NCBI GenBank assembly: GCA_038496445.1
Contig: JALMLS010000438.1
Span: 124,001 to 188,000 of the forward strand
Length of the DNA stretch: 64,000 nucleotides
From: Trichosphaerium sp. ATCC 40318
Taxonomy: Eukaryota > Protista > Tubulinea
Direction: 5' to 3'
This document shows positions 1 to 13,419 of the stretch, in pieces. The notes below the pieces were generated by a model that searched no databases, was not told the origin of the DNA, and worked only from the letters and a program-made list of their open reading frames with translations. The translations under genes were made by a program, and so were the position numbers. Each line of letters begins with the position of its first letter. Within the stretch, counting starts at the first letter, position 1.

Positions 1-3000
1 TTGATGAACAAGAATTCCACAGCGCCTTGCATTGTTTACCACTTGGACAGTGTTTTAAGAAAGTTACAAATGCTTCAACAGATGCTGGGGCATTTGATAC
101 AACTCGCTTAAGTAACAAGAAAAGAAAGTCTTGCCACTTCTTTTCGGCTGGTGTAATAACTACAACAGTTATGTACTTGTGATATGTAGTGTTAATGCAG
201 CACCTGAATAAGCGTTGTTTTTTTCTTTATCAACAGAATCAGTATTTGTCTTAACTTTGTAGAATAGTGGCAAAATTCTATTGTGTTGGCATTGCACTGA
301 ATAGTAATGTGAGCAACCAAATGTTGTATTTCAATATGTATAGCGTATATGACATTACCTGCCCAAATCAAAGCTGTATCGCCATGTTTATCAGCAGCAT
401 CAATATTTGCGCCAGCTTTCATCAACATTAATATGATTTTACCATGTCCAGTGTATGCTAAGTAGCATTAGCAAACACATGTTGTACATTATAATATTTT
501 CATATCTGATATTACCTGCGTGAATCAAAGCTGGCCTTCCACAATTATCAGCAGCCTCAATATCTGCGCCAGCCTTGATTAATATTGATACGACTTCACT
601 GTGTCCGCGGTATGCTAAATAGTAACGTGAATAAATATGTTGTATTGCATACGTCATATGACATTACCTGCCCAAATCAAAGCTGTATTTCCACCAAAAT
701 CCTTAGCCTCAATATCTGCGTCAGCATCACTTAATAATATTGATACGATTTTATTGTGTTGGTTTGGTTCTTCGAGGTAATGTGTTGTATCAATTGCATG
801 CATCAAAGCTGTTTTGCCATATATATCAACAGCATCAATCTTAACGTTGGCATTGATTAACATTGATATCACTTCAGGTGTACCGTTTCTTGCTAAATAA
901 TAGCATAAGCAAAGACGTTTTGTGTATATGCTAACCTGCGCCCATTAAAACTGTCATGCTGGTATTATCAATAGTGTTCACATTTGCATTGGCCGTGATT
1001 AACATTGATGCGATTTCACTATGTCCAAGTGATGCTAAATAGTAGCATTAGCAAAAAACATTTAGTATTTTATATTTTATGTGTGATATTACCTGCATTA
1101 ATCAAAGCTGTTCTTCCGTATATATTGACAGCATCAACTTTTGCACTTTTTTTGATTAATATTGATGCAATATTAACATGTCCATTGTATGCTATATTAT
1201 AAGATAAAAAAACACAGTATATTTCACATGTGACATTACCTGCATGCATCAAAGCTGTATTGCCATCTTTATCAACAGCCTCAATATTTGCGCCAGCACT
1301 GATTAATAATGATACAATTTTAGAGATTGTAAAGCATGTTTGTGCTACATAGTACGATGAGCAATATGTTGTATATTGACATTACCTGCAATAATCAATG
1401 CTGTCCTTTCACAATTATCAACAGCGTCAATTTTCGCTTTCTTATTGATTAATATTGATACGACTTCACTGTGTCCGTGGTATGCTAAATATTAATATGA
1501 GCATGTTTGTATCTCATATGTGACAGTACCTGCTCCCATCAAAGCTGTTGTTCCATATTTATTAGCAGCGTTAATATTTGCGCCAGCATTGACCAATATT
1601 GATACGATGTTACTGTGTCCGCGGTATGCTAAATAGTAATATGAGAAAACGCATGTGCTGCATTTCATAAGTGACATTACCTGCACAAATCAAAGCTGTT
1701 TTTCTAAATTTAGTAAAAGCCTCAATATTTGCGCCAGCATCGATTAATTTTGATACAACTTCACTGTATCCATTGTATGCTAAATTATACAATAAGCAAC
1801 ATACGTGGTATTTCATATGTAGCTTTACCAGCGCATATCAACGCTGTGTTGCCACATTGATCAACAGCCTCAAGATTTGCTTTGGCATTGATTAATTTTG
1901 ATACAACTTCACTGTGTCCATTGTATGCTAAATTATACAATAAGCAAACACTGTTTTTCATATTTAGCATTACCTGCACAAATCAAAGCTGTGTTTTTAT
2001 GTGTATTGATGGCTTGGATATTTACTTTGGCATTGATTAATATTGATACAATTTTAACATGTCCATTGTATGCTAAATAGCACCGTGAGAAAATACCAAT
2101 TGCATCTCATGTGACATTACCTGCACAAATCAAAGCTGTATTGCCATCTTTATCAACAGCGTCAATATTTGCTTTGGCATTGATTAATGTTGATACAACT
2201 TCACTGTGTCCGTGGTATACTAAATAGTAATATGAGCAAACACATGTTGTATCTTATGTGACAATACCTGCCCAAATCAAAGCTGTATTGCCATCTTTAT
2301 CAACAGCCTCAATATTTGCGCCAGATTTGATTAGTAATGATACAACTCCACTGTGTCCGTGGTATGCTAAATAACATGAGCAAACGCATGCTGTATCTCA
2401 TATGTGACATTACCTGCCCAAATCAAAGCTGTATTGCCACCTTTATCAACAGCCTCAATATTTGCGCCAGCACTGATTAACATTGATACCACAGTGCTGT
2501 GGCCAATATACACTAAATAATAACATGAGCAAACACAATCTGTATCTTATGTGATATTACCTGCACACATTAAAGCTGTTTCGCCATGTTTACCATCAGC
2601 GTTAATATTTGCATTGGCATTGATTAATAATGATACAACTCCACTGTGGCCAATGTACGCTAAATAGTAATGTGAGCAAACACATGCTGTATCTCATATG
2701 TGACATTACCTGCTCCCATCAAAGCTGTTGTTCCATATTTAGTAGCAGCGTTAATATTTGCGCCAGATTTGATTAATATTGATACGATTTTACTGTGTCC
2801 GCGGTATGCTAAACAGTAATATGAGAAAACGCATGTGCTGTATTTCATAAGTGACATTACCTGCCCACATCAAAGCTGTATCGCCATATTTACCACCAGC
2901 GTTAATATTTGCATTGTCATTGATTAATAATGATACCACTGTACTGTGGCCGTGGTATGCTAAATAGAACATGAGCAAACACATGTTGAACATTTTCATG

Positions 3001-5055
3001 GATAGAACAAATGACGTTTCACCCATTTCAAAAGCGTTACTTTAACTTGCTCTGTGGCAGTTGTTTATTATTTTTTCAACCAGACATTAACAAGGCTGAT
3101 CTTTTTGAGCTCCTACACTCATGAAAAAAAGGCTAAGACAATACGCCAAAACGGTTATAAAAACTAATGCCTGAGGAATGTATGAGGTCATTTATGTGAG
3201 AAGTAATGAACATCTTCTCGGATAGTTACAAAGAAGAAATCTCGATTTTTAACGGCTCTGCACATTCAATAATTGTTTCGAAGGTATACAGGCTTTAATG
3301 ATGTACGAGAGAATTGTACGCAATACAACAAACCAAGATCAAAATAACAATGAGTAGTAATCTAATTAGGAACTAAACTTTGTGTGGTTTCTATGGCGTG
3401 ATTTCAACAGGACTTGGTGGAGATTCCATGTGCGATACAACACACATTTTGAGACGGTGTACGCGAAAGCGCACAAACCATTGACATGTAGTAAATAAAT
3501 AAAGTTTTTCACAAAATAAGGATTTGCAATTTAGTAAAGTCATATATTTAAAACGTGATTTTGAGTGTGAAAACAATGCTTTGTACTCTATGTCACAATT
3601 AGAAGACTGATAAGACCTCATTGATATGACATTGAAGATCCATTCACAACAGCACTCACATTCGACGTTCGTTCTCAAACTTCATGATAGTTAGTTCATG
3701 ACATTGTCATGAGATTGTATTCTCGTTACCTTAATATACAGAAATAATAAAACCTACCACTTCACATTGAGATCTTAGGTATAACAGCGGGAGGTATTAA
3801 AGCGGTTGGATTCACAAATTTTCTTGCTCCGTTCACGTCGTTCTGCACGTAAGCGCTTTTTACGCTGTAAATAATTTGGAAATGAAAGTATTGCAGTACT
3901 TTCCGATACATTCTCATAGTTGGCTCTTGATAAAAGAAATTGTGTCGATGAGACAAAATTAAAGTGGTTGAGTTTTGTGATATTACCTGCACAAATCAAA
4001 GCTGTATTGCCATTATTATCAACAGCCTCAATATTTGCGCCAGCATTGATTAACATTGATACCACTGTACTGTGGCCAATATACACTAAATAGTAATGTG
4101 AGCAAACACATGTTGTATCTTATGTGATATTACCTGCCCACATCAAAGCTGTATCGCCATGTTTATCACCAGCGTCAATATTTGCATTGGCATTGATTAA
4201 TAATGATACGACTTTACTGTGGCCGTGGTATGCTAAATAATAGCGTGAGTTGACCATGTTGAACATCATAACATTATCGTATGTGACATTACCTGCATAA
4301 ATCAAAGCTGTCCTTCCATAATTATCAACAACATGAATACTTGCGTTGACTTTAATTAGTGACAAAACAATATCAGCGTAGCCATTTTTTGCTACAATAA
4401 GTTAGTTATTTGCTTGCCAAGCAATTGAGAACCTGCAAAAAACCACACAGGTTCAATTATGTCGACACCTGAATACTTCTCTGTCAGTCCTATCAAAGTT
4501 ATTTTAATACATAAGGCTTTTGAGAATTTAAATATTGTCAAGTCATGTCAAGTTAACGGTCTGGTTTTCTTAGTATAGTAATTTTTTTACCACGTGGAAG
4601 GCATTTACGAGTGTGGCGTAAATGGGACAAATAACGTTCCTGTACCAGAGTTTGACATAAATCTGTAACTGTCCCTTACTCAACAAAAAAAACTGTAAAA
4701 AAAAGACATGTGCAATGAGACCGTAGGGTGCTGTACTACAATTTTGAAAAAAAAAGAAGAAACTTATAAAGTCTGTTGCTGGGTTTCCTTTTTGAGAAAG
4801 TAAAAAAAAAAATTGCAGCGTTACTTGACGTGACTTGACAATAGAACTTTTTACGTTTCAACTGATGTTTGTAAAATACAGCTACGATGCTATTATTGTG
4901 GGTAAAAATTGCGATTTGTTCATGCTGTAACAAGGAAAAGTACTGACAGTCAAACCAACGTGTAGTTTTTCTTAAAAATCTGGTATGTTCAAAACTGCTT
5001 TTTCAAGTGTTTTACCTGCTAATTTTTTGGTTTTTTCACTTAGTGGTTCTGTCAT
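1..5055 (-). CDS. Ankyrin-array protein, paralog A of the ANK-PARP family (3' part, presumably incl. PARP domain, runs off the window start)
   Basis: ATG 5055 (MTEPLSEKTKKLA), matching exon 1 of paralogs B and C. 21 ankyrin exons between 204 and 4391, mostly exactly 99 nt with phase-1 GT-AG introns (e.g. 4293-4391, 3987-4085, 2861-2959, 936-1034), giving about 22 repeats (AYxGHxxVVSxLIxAGANIEAVDxxGxTALIxA). Exon 1-159 encodes KKWQDFL...FVTFLKHCPSGKQC, homologous to the post-ankyrin region of paralog C. Confidence 0.9.
2998..3975. other. About 1-kb unique insertion inside one ankyrin intron of paralog A
   Basis: Intron 2960-3986 keeps typical ankyrin-intron ends but is about 1 kb long, versus about 45 nt for its neighbours. 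No clear TIR or TSD seen; boundaries approximate. Confidence 0.6.
4533..4843. mobile_element. MITE-like element in intron 1 of paralog A
   Basis: About 25-bp TIRs, tattgtcaagtcatgtcaagttaacg (4533-4558) and cgttacttgacgtgacttgacaata (4819-4843), with TA at both outer ends. The homologous intron in paralog C is only about 53 nt. Confidence 0.7.
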
Positions 5056-8000
5056 GACAGGTTGTCACTCTTGAAGGTTAACGTAAAGCAGTATTAAGTA
5101 AGCGTGATTCAGCAGTGAGATTTTTCGCTGAAGATTTTCTGTTTTTTTGCGTTTGGTTCTAGTTGTGTTTTGCTGATTTGTTATAATTGTAACGCGGTTG
5201 TTGTGTCCTTCTTTTAACAGTTGAATCTTTAAACCAATAAACAAAAACTGTTTGTGTGTCCAAAAGGTGCCATTATCACGTTCTCTTTCAATTTAGTAAG
5301 TTTGTTTGTTGGCAGTGTTTGCCGTTTCACAGTTACACGCAGTTATAACGCAATCACTCTTCAGAGATTTACCCATTCAACTCTTAGCCGTGTATTTATT
5401 AGCGAATGCGTAGATGCAATGAGGGGAGATAGAATGGGAACCTCCAACAAAACTGTAAACTGTTAGCGAAAAGTTTTTCAAGTCTCAGAAGAAATTAGCC
5501 ATACATGAAAAGTGCCCGCAATCACGTAATTACGAGGCACGGACACATAAACATATCTTTCTACAATGATAATCGCTCCAATTTAATAGAGAAAGGTTTA
5601 AGTGGCTTTTTTAAGCACTTATACATTGGTTTGGAGCCTCGCAAACCATAAACGCGGTCCTTTTTCGCAAGACAGAATTTTTATGAACTGTTGAATGTAA
5701 GCAGTCATAACCCCTAATTTTGCCTTAGTTACGGAGCGGTAGATGGTATAACAGCAGAACGGAGAAATCGTTGAAGAAAATGCCGGTAAGCAAAAAAAAA
5801 ACGCACTCGCGTTTACAAATGAGCGGAGAAAGTTTTTATTTATGCGCACTGATAAGTTGGATTGCTGTGCAAAAAATTAGAGCTGAAACAGGCTTGGTAA
5901 GTCAGTAATTTTACATTCTTTCCTCTTTTTTATCGACGAATGACAAGACCTAGACCTGACCTAGCAGTGGTAAAAAATGAATATGTGCACACTTATGCTT
6001 TGGTTCAGTATGGAAAAAATTAGAGCTGAATTTTATTTTACAAGTCATTAATGTCAACATTCTTATTTTTTTCTGAAAAAGAGGCCACAAAAATAAAGAA
6101 AAAACATGCAGGTTAAGCAGGCTTAAATGTTCCTGATGAATCTGAAGCTGTTGTACCTTAATGCCATATACACGTGGTCTCATTGAGTAGTTGGTTCCGT
6201 GTGCTGGAAGTACTAAATACAGAAGTAACACCTTTTTTAGAAGAGTTTCAAGAGAACCTCATTCCTATTGAAAAAGTTGTCTTAAAGGTTTTTCAAGTGG
6301 AGAAAGCTTATGGAGATACCCTCTACACAAAGGTAAACATAAAAATACACTCAAAACAGTGATGGGTGCTGGTTGTACAACAGTGGGCTCACTATATGCT
6401 TACCCATAAGCTCATTTAAAGTAACTCTTACACAAAAAATAATGTGGAAGTAAAATATCTTTAGTCTACATGTCATTGCTCTTTCGAACAGAGCAAATAC
6501 GGTAAAAAATCACCTCCGTTCCAAATTTGATGGCTCAAGATCAAGGGGCACCTTCAAAAAAGAAAAACGAAAAAAACATGATTTTTCAAGGTTTTAAAAC
6601 AGGTTTTAAAAATCAGCATAAATTAGGGGACCTACTGTTGACGCATTATTGTAACAGTAATTAGACCAAATAGCCTTCATTGATTAGTATCTAAGGCAGT
6701 TTTTGTTGACTTTGAAAAGTACGCTTGCCAATGGTCTAATCAGAAAAAAAGCATGTGCGCAGTCTAACTAGTAAAATTAGAAGCCATGCATAATCTAAGT
6801 AGTGAAATTAGAGGACGTGCCCTTAAGACCCTTTGTACAACATTGCAAGCATCACGTGTAACTTCTCGGAGTGGCTTAAAGCACTTACTTGCTTACCCAC
6901 AAACTAGTATTCCAAGATCTCAGGTGACGTACGAAGTGTATGCTCTCTGGAGTTCACAAAAGATTCGCGCCACAATCACAGCAAAAGGCGATTCTAAGTC
7001 ATCTGTGTCAGCCAGCAATTTGGCTGCAGTTCCAGTTTCTGAACATTTACACTTGAGTTTTGCATAACTCTTCATGTTTTAGCTTCTTTTATTGTACAGT
7101 ATATAGCATGGCTGTACTGTTTAATTACACTACAACAAAGAAATGGTCTATCTCGAAAGATGAAAAGGTCATCTGCGTATCACTACTAATCTTACGTACG
7201 TTATCATCTCAACCTACTGTAAACGCCAACATTGCTATCCAATTTAAGTCTACAACATTTTCGTACACGTACTAGTGTACTATTGCTAACTGTAGGAAAA
7301 CCAAAGTATCACGTGCGCTATGAATCATTGTAACTGTGTTGGAATTAATTGAATGGCAATTGACTATTTAGATGGTACTAGACACGTAAGCTTCTATTTA
7401 ACTTTTACCTTTTGGAGTACTTCCTCTTTTTACCTCACCTTCCCTGGTGTTTATAAGTACCTCATAGGTAGTTTTTCTTTGCTATTAAACTAACTGTAAC
7501 CATTCAAGACCCTACTAGCGCTAAAAACCCAAAAACAGCTGTCCCCATCCCGTCTCCATCTCAAATTGCTTGATGACCCATATTTGATAAAGTTATTCTT
7601 CGTGGTAACAGTAACAGAAAAAAAGTTCGGAAACTCTGTTAGTATATGGGAAGTGCCTTCCCATCCTAAAAAAACAGCATCTCATCCTCGCCTCCCACTC
7701 ACTAACGGTATTTTTTGATCACTAGCGTAGGCCTTCTAGCGAGTTTTTTTATTTTTACCTAGCGCTCTACAATACTTAAAAAGTTTATTACTAGCGGTAG
7801 ATAGTTGTAGGATCGCATCTCGGGTATGGGTCGGGTTCTGGTCTATAACTCATCCTGCCTCCAACTTCTTCAGCTATGCGTGTACATTGTAATCATACGA
7901 CTATATCGTGCTCATTCATAAACACATTTGGTAGTTTGGGAGGAAACTGTCTCGGGTTTTTTGTTACGAAAAACTACCGGCCAGAACTCTAGTACTGTCT

Positions 8001-8138
8001 CACGATGTTTATTAGTACATGTACTCTTATAGTTTATTCTCAATTTGCTAGAAGGGATTCGCCCTTTTTGTGCGTGATAGCGTTGTTGTGTACCGCTAGT
8101 TTATGTGACAAAGCCTCAAACTTTTCGGCTTTTTCAGG

Positions 8139-11100
8139 ATGCGACAACTCTTCCTTGTTCTTTCAATATGCCTCTGTGTATTCGCAGCAGGTGCAAGGCA
8201 ATACATTGCTAAAGATGTAGATATACGTAACCGCCCTTTTGTCATGGTAAGCTCTAACGTCATCGCTGTCAACACAAAGAAGTAACTTGGTTCAGGGTAC
8301 AATTGAAGCTACCGACTTTTTCTACGACCAAGACGCTCAAACAATCGGCTGGTACGTTAAGCTGCTCAAAACTAAAGTACTGGAGTTGTTAATTCGTTAA
8401 ACCCTGTACTACGATCTAAATTCTTGCAAGTGTTCAACTTTCATGTGAACTTTTTTACCCAAAACAAAAAAAGTAGTGGAGGCTTTGCTTTCGTATCTGG
8501 ATCCATGTTGTTTTTCGTTTTGGTTTACTTTTCGTCTAACTTTCACCTACTTGAAGCACAATGCTTAAATTCGCTTTACACAGCAAAGTAGACCCACGTG
8601 ACCATTGTCGTCATTTACGGGTGATATCACAATTAAATCACAGACTTCGCTTTTTCTGCTTTTTAAGATTGGTTTTTTAATTTTCTCCGCTTATCGCGTA
8701 TGTAACTCTCGGTTCTAGGATTTACAAAGGAACAAACGCTGGATCATTGAGTGAAGCTTATATTTACAAAGAGGTACGAGAAAGTAAAGTTTTGCCATTT
8801 TTTTTTTCTGTCACGTGCTTATCTGTTTTTACGCCAGAATATTCGTCTCCGTAAATGTGACAGTGGTTGTGAAGCTTTTGGCGAAGAAAGAAACGTACCA
8901 GTACTTACATCGTCTGGTTCTCAAATAGCGCAACGAGATGGTTGTAACTGTTGGAACGTGAACCCTACTGCAGGTAACGGACAAGTTACTGAACTTTGTT
9001 TCAGTGGAAATAAAATCTGCTAGTACGTATTATTATCACGCTATTACATGCGCAACTCTTTCTTTGTTGGCTAAATCTGTTTAATCTAGCGTTAAATTCA
9101 AGAGTAACGAAGAATGGATTTTCGATCCCGCCAAAGTACAACTGAGCTCTAACTTCCCTAACAATGCTTTCCTAGAGGATCAGTACGGTTTTTTCGCAAA
9201 GCTTTTAGCTCCAATAAAAAAGAAAGCTCACCACGTTTTTTTTTAGATCTTCACGTGCTGATTGTACAGATGAGTGTGCACAAGTTTTCGATATTGTCAT
9301 GGTTCTTGATGAATCTGGAAGTATCAACGACGCAGAAGTACGTTTGTTTTTCGAAAAACACGTGATTTTTGTTTTGATAACATAAACCTTAGTGGAGAGA
9401 TTTGCTAGCATTCGCCAAACGACTTGTAAATGCCTTTAAAGTTGGTAGAAACGATGCAAATTTTGGTAAGCACAGAGTTCTTTTAATTGCGTCACTTGTT
9501 TCTTACTCTTTAATTAAGCATTGAAACTATATTCTGAGACTGGAAGAAGTCTTTTACCTCTTTCTGGAAGTAAGAGCACTATTATCAATCAACTCAACAG
9601 TAAGTACAAGCTTCTATGACGCTTTGAAGTGCTTCAATTTAACACTTCTTGTCCAGATATCGACAAGAAAAACGGTTTCACTTGTATCGGATGTGGTATG
9701 CAACTGGCATACAATGAACTCCAAAGCAATAAAAGACCAGGTGTCCCAGGTGTATGTGATATATTTTCTAGTATTCTTCGGTCTTTTTCTTACACAACTA
9801 ACACGTGATTTCTTTAGATTATCTTGACATTGACTGATGGTGTAAACAACAGACCTTGTGATAGAAATGCATGTGGATGTCAAAAGTAAGAGATTACTTA
9901 TGGGCTTTTGTAGCACGTTTTTTGAAATAACTAACGCACTGTCATAGAAATGGTGATTGTGACTGTTGCAGAGGAACACCTCCGTAAGAAACCAGATTTT
10001 TTTAGTACTTATCGCAACCCTTCATCTGATTTTCTACTTAGAGTATTTGGACCTGGTGGACAAAGATGTCAAAACTGTGGAGGAAGAGATGAACTCAATC
10101 TTTGGAGTGGTAGAGCCAAGAACGTACGTTGTGCTTTTTTTCCTTTTTTTTTTACCTTACTCAGAAACTGACGTGTTGGTTCTTTAGGCTGGATACAAAT
10201 TGGTTTCTATTGCCGTAGGTGATAACACCTCTCCACTTGATCTACAAACTATCACAAGTGACTGGCCTGCTGATCATATTGCTGTTGATAACTTCGCTGC
10301 TCTTGATGAAAAACTTCAAAACATTCTTTCTGTTATTTGCCCAGGTAGAGCCATTGTTACAAAGTTTTGGTTAACGTCTGTGTAGTAAATAATGGAAATG
10401 ATTGTGGAGTTGCTTGTAATGGTGCTTGTCACTGCGGACAAGAATGTACATGCCCTACAAGTACGTTAGGAGCAAATATCACACTTTTTCTTGAGAAGCT
10501 TTAAGGATCTGATTTTCTTTTTTTAGAGTGTGAACCAAAGGACTTCTGCCATGACTCAAAATGTATTCAGGCTGCTGGATTCGCTTGTGTAGAGACCATA
10601 AAGGATTGTTCTGATAATAACCAATGTACAACAGATAGTTGTGATCCTAAAAGTACGTTAAAACAAACAAGAAGTAGTTTTTACTAATATCTTTGTTACT
10701 TAGAACCTGGTGGATGTGTTTTTACGCCAATCACATGTGATAGTAAATCAAAGTGTATCATTGATGAATGTAAACCAAATGTTGGCGTACGTCGTTATCA
10801 GAAAGTTGGAACACTCACTGCTGCCAAAGAACTTAAAACTAACTTCTTCGTTAACCTTAGTGCACAACCAAAGATGTTGTCTGTCCAGTGTCAAACAAAT
10901 GTGAAGTACCAGTATGTGATCCTATAACAGGTTGTAGTACAAATACTATCTCAGCAGCAGACTGTAAGAGTCAAGCTCCTGCAAATACTCGGGTACTTAT
11001 TCCATAACAGCTAATTTTCTCTTTGCTTGTTAACAAATCTGTAGAACGAATGTTGGGACCATTGGTGCGATCCTAGTGATGGTTGTTTAAGAAAGAGAAA

Positions 11101-13419
11101 AGAATGTACCGGCGCTAACAAATGTAAAGATTACGATTGTGATCCGGCAACAGGTACACGTCAAAGCAAGATTGAAATCTTTCGCAAAAAACCAACAGTA
11201 TTTTGTTTACAAAGCTCGAAACTAACTTTGTAATAAATAGGATGTACTGAGAAAGATAAAGACTGTACTCAAAATGACAAGTGCAAAGAATACCCTTGCA
11301 ATCGTACACATCAGAATAGATATCACGTGTTTTTTTTGAGATCAATCACAAACTGTGTTCTCCTTTTTTCCTTTTTTCCTTTTTTGTCATTTGTTTGCTT
11401 AACTCTTATCTTTTAGCAACTGTCGGTTGTCGCGCTGTACCTAAGAATTGCACTGATGGCAAGTTTTGTACGAGCGATGTATGCAGGGCTTCTGATGGAA
11501 TGTACGAACAAAACTCTACAGAACCTGATTTTTTCAGTTAAAAGTTTACCTTTTGGTTTTGCATGGTTTTAGGTATTAACACGTAATACTAGGTGTCTGA
11601 ATCCTGACAGAGATTGTACTGTATGCCAATTCCAAGATACAGGAGATTTGGTTGACTGTGATGCGGTGTTTAGGGATCAGCTTGATGTACTGTTGTTTAT
11701 TAATCAACTAATTTCTAAATCACTTCTTGTTTTAGGCCAACAAGTGTTTGGAGGCTTATTGTGATACAATGGGTACTGCCACAAACCCACCGGACAACTG
11801 TAAGATAAGAGATAACACTCCAACTTGTAACTCGTACGCCACATCAAACACGTGAAGAAAAAAACCTTTACTAACACGTTCTTTTTTAAGAAACAACATG
11901 TGTATTACGGATTCATGTGATGTTACAACTGGAAAATGTGTTGCTGAACCTGTTGTGTGCCAACCTAAAGATGCTTGTAACAAAGCTGTTTGCGATCCAA
12001 TGAGTACGGTTCCAAAAATTCTTCTTTCAGTTGTTTCAAACAAAGTACTGATATTGTTTTTCTTCAGCTGGTTGCGGCAATGAAGTGATACCATGTGAAC
12101 CACAAAATGCTTGTTTCACAGCTGAATGTGACCCGTAAGTATACTAATTTAATTTTTTTCTGCACGTGGAATATCACAACACATTACAACAAAATAGTTT
12201 GTTTTCTCCCAGCAAGCAAAAAATTTATTTAACTGTGATGACTTAAATAACAGTATCTAAAACGGATTATTTCTAGAGTCCAAGGCTGTATTCAAACTGA
12301 AAAAGATTGTAATAAGGGTGATCCATGTAAGGTATACTCTTGTAACGTAACAACTGGATGCGTTGAAGAAGATTTATGTTCACAAATCAATGATTGTTTT
12401 AACTCAGTATGTGTACCTGAAAACAGCACATGTGTTGAGGTTAACTTGTGCGATGACAAAAACGCGTACGTACAAATGAGGAATCAGAACTACAAATTGT
12501 TTGCTTCTTATGATTTCATACTATGGAATCACTTTTACATCACGCTTTTTTTTGTTCTCTTTTTTTTTTTTTGTTTGTTTCACAATTCTTGAACTCTTCC
12601 ATTAACTTTATTTCCTCGTAGGTGCACAATCGACACATGTCTCTTTGACGCAGATCTATATCCTCAAGGTAAATGTAACAGCACAATGATTGATGTAGAT
12701 TCTGTCTGCAACGACTTCAGCGTCTGTACTAATGACTTCTGCGAGTAAGTTATCATCTTTTTCTTTAAACCTCATAATACTTGCCTAACTAATCTTGTTC
12801 TAGCCCTGCCATTGGTTGTGTCAATAACTACACTGAATGTGCTGGTGTAAATGATACACTTAACTGTCTCGTAGCCGATCCATGTGATCCGTAAGTGATA
12901 GAATCTGTTATTGACTTGTTCCTTACTTTTACTTTAGAATACTTGGATGTAGGACAGCTAAATTTGTATGTGAACCAGGAGATGAATGTAAAGTAACAGG
13001 ATGCGAGTTTATGTACGTCGATAACGAATCTCCTTTTCAGTGTATTCGAAACACCTCAGAAGAATTTCTTACGCCGTTTCTGTTTTGAAGAAGAAAATGA
13101 CTTCGAGTTTTTCTTAACTTTGACTTTCTTACGTTTGTTTAGTAATGCTACTGATACAATGGACGCAGTCAATAGATGTACTGAACAACCTGTTGATGGC
13201 GTTTGTATTCCAGCAGTAGCCATCACCGGTATTTCAATCGGAGCTGGTATAATTGCAGTTATTATCATTGCTGTAATTGTTGCTCTTGTACTCGCTTCAT
13301 TGGCTGCCGCAAAGGCATTCCAAGTACTCACTGCTGATGGTCTTGCAAGTGGCGGAGCACAAAACTCCCAGATCTTCAAACCTGATGGTGTAGAAGGAGA
13401 GAGTCAAATCTTTGCCTAA
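8139..13419 (+). CDS. Type I membrane adhesin: signal peptide, vWA domain, Cys-rich Dictyostelium-type repeats, TM, short tail (integrin-beta/Sib-like)
   Basis: MRQLFLVLSICLCVFAAGA signal at 8139. vWA MIDAS DIVMVLDESGS (about 9290-9322) and LTLTDG (about 9825). Many CxDxNxCTxDxCDP repeats. TM GISIGAGIIAVIIIAVIVALVLA. Tail NSQIF...ESQIF*. Multi-exon. Confidence 0.85.

Noticed and set aside
359-2959. Regular 147-bp periodicity resembling a CRISPR-like repeat/spacer array or satellite
   Set aside because: Fully explained by 99-nt ankyrin exons plus about 45-nt GT-AG introns.
5600-7900. Short ORFs (6174-6362, 6786-7067) and repeated ctagcg/catcc..ctcc words
   Set aside because: No recognisable domain, consistent exon chain or terminal repeats; probably decayed gene or TE sequence.
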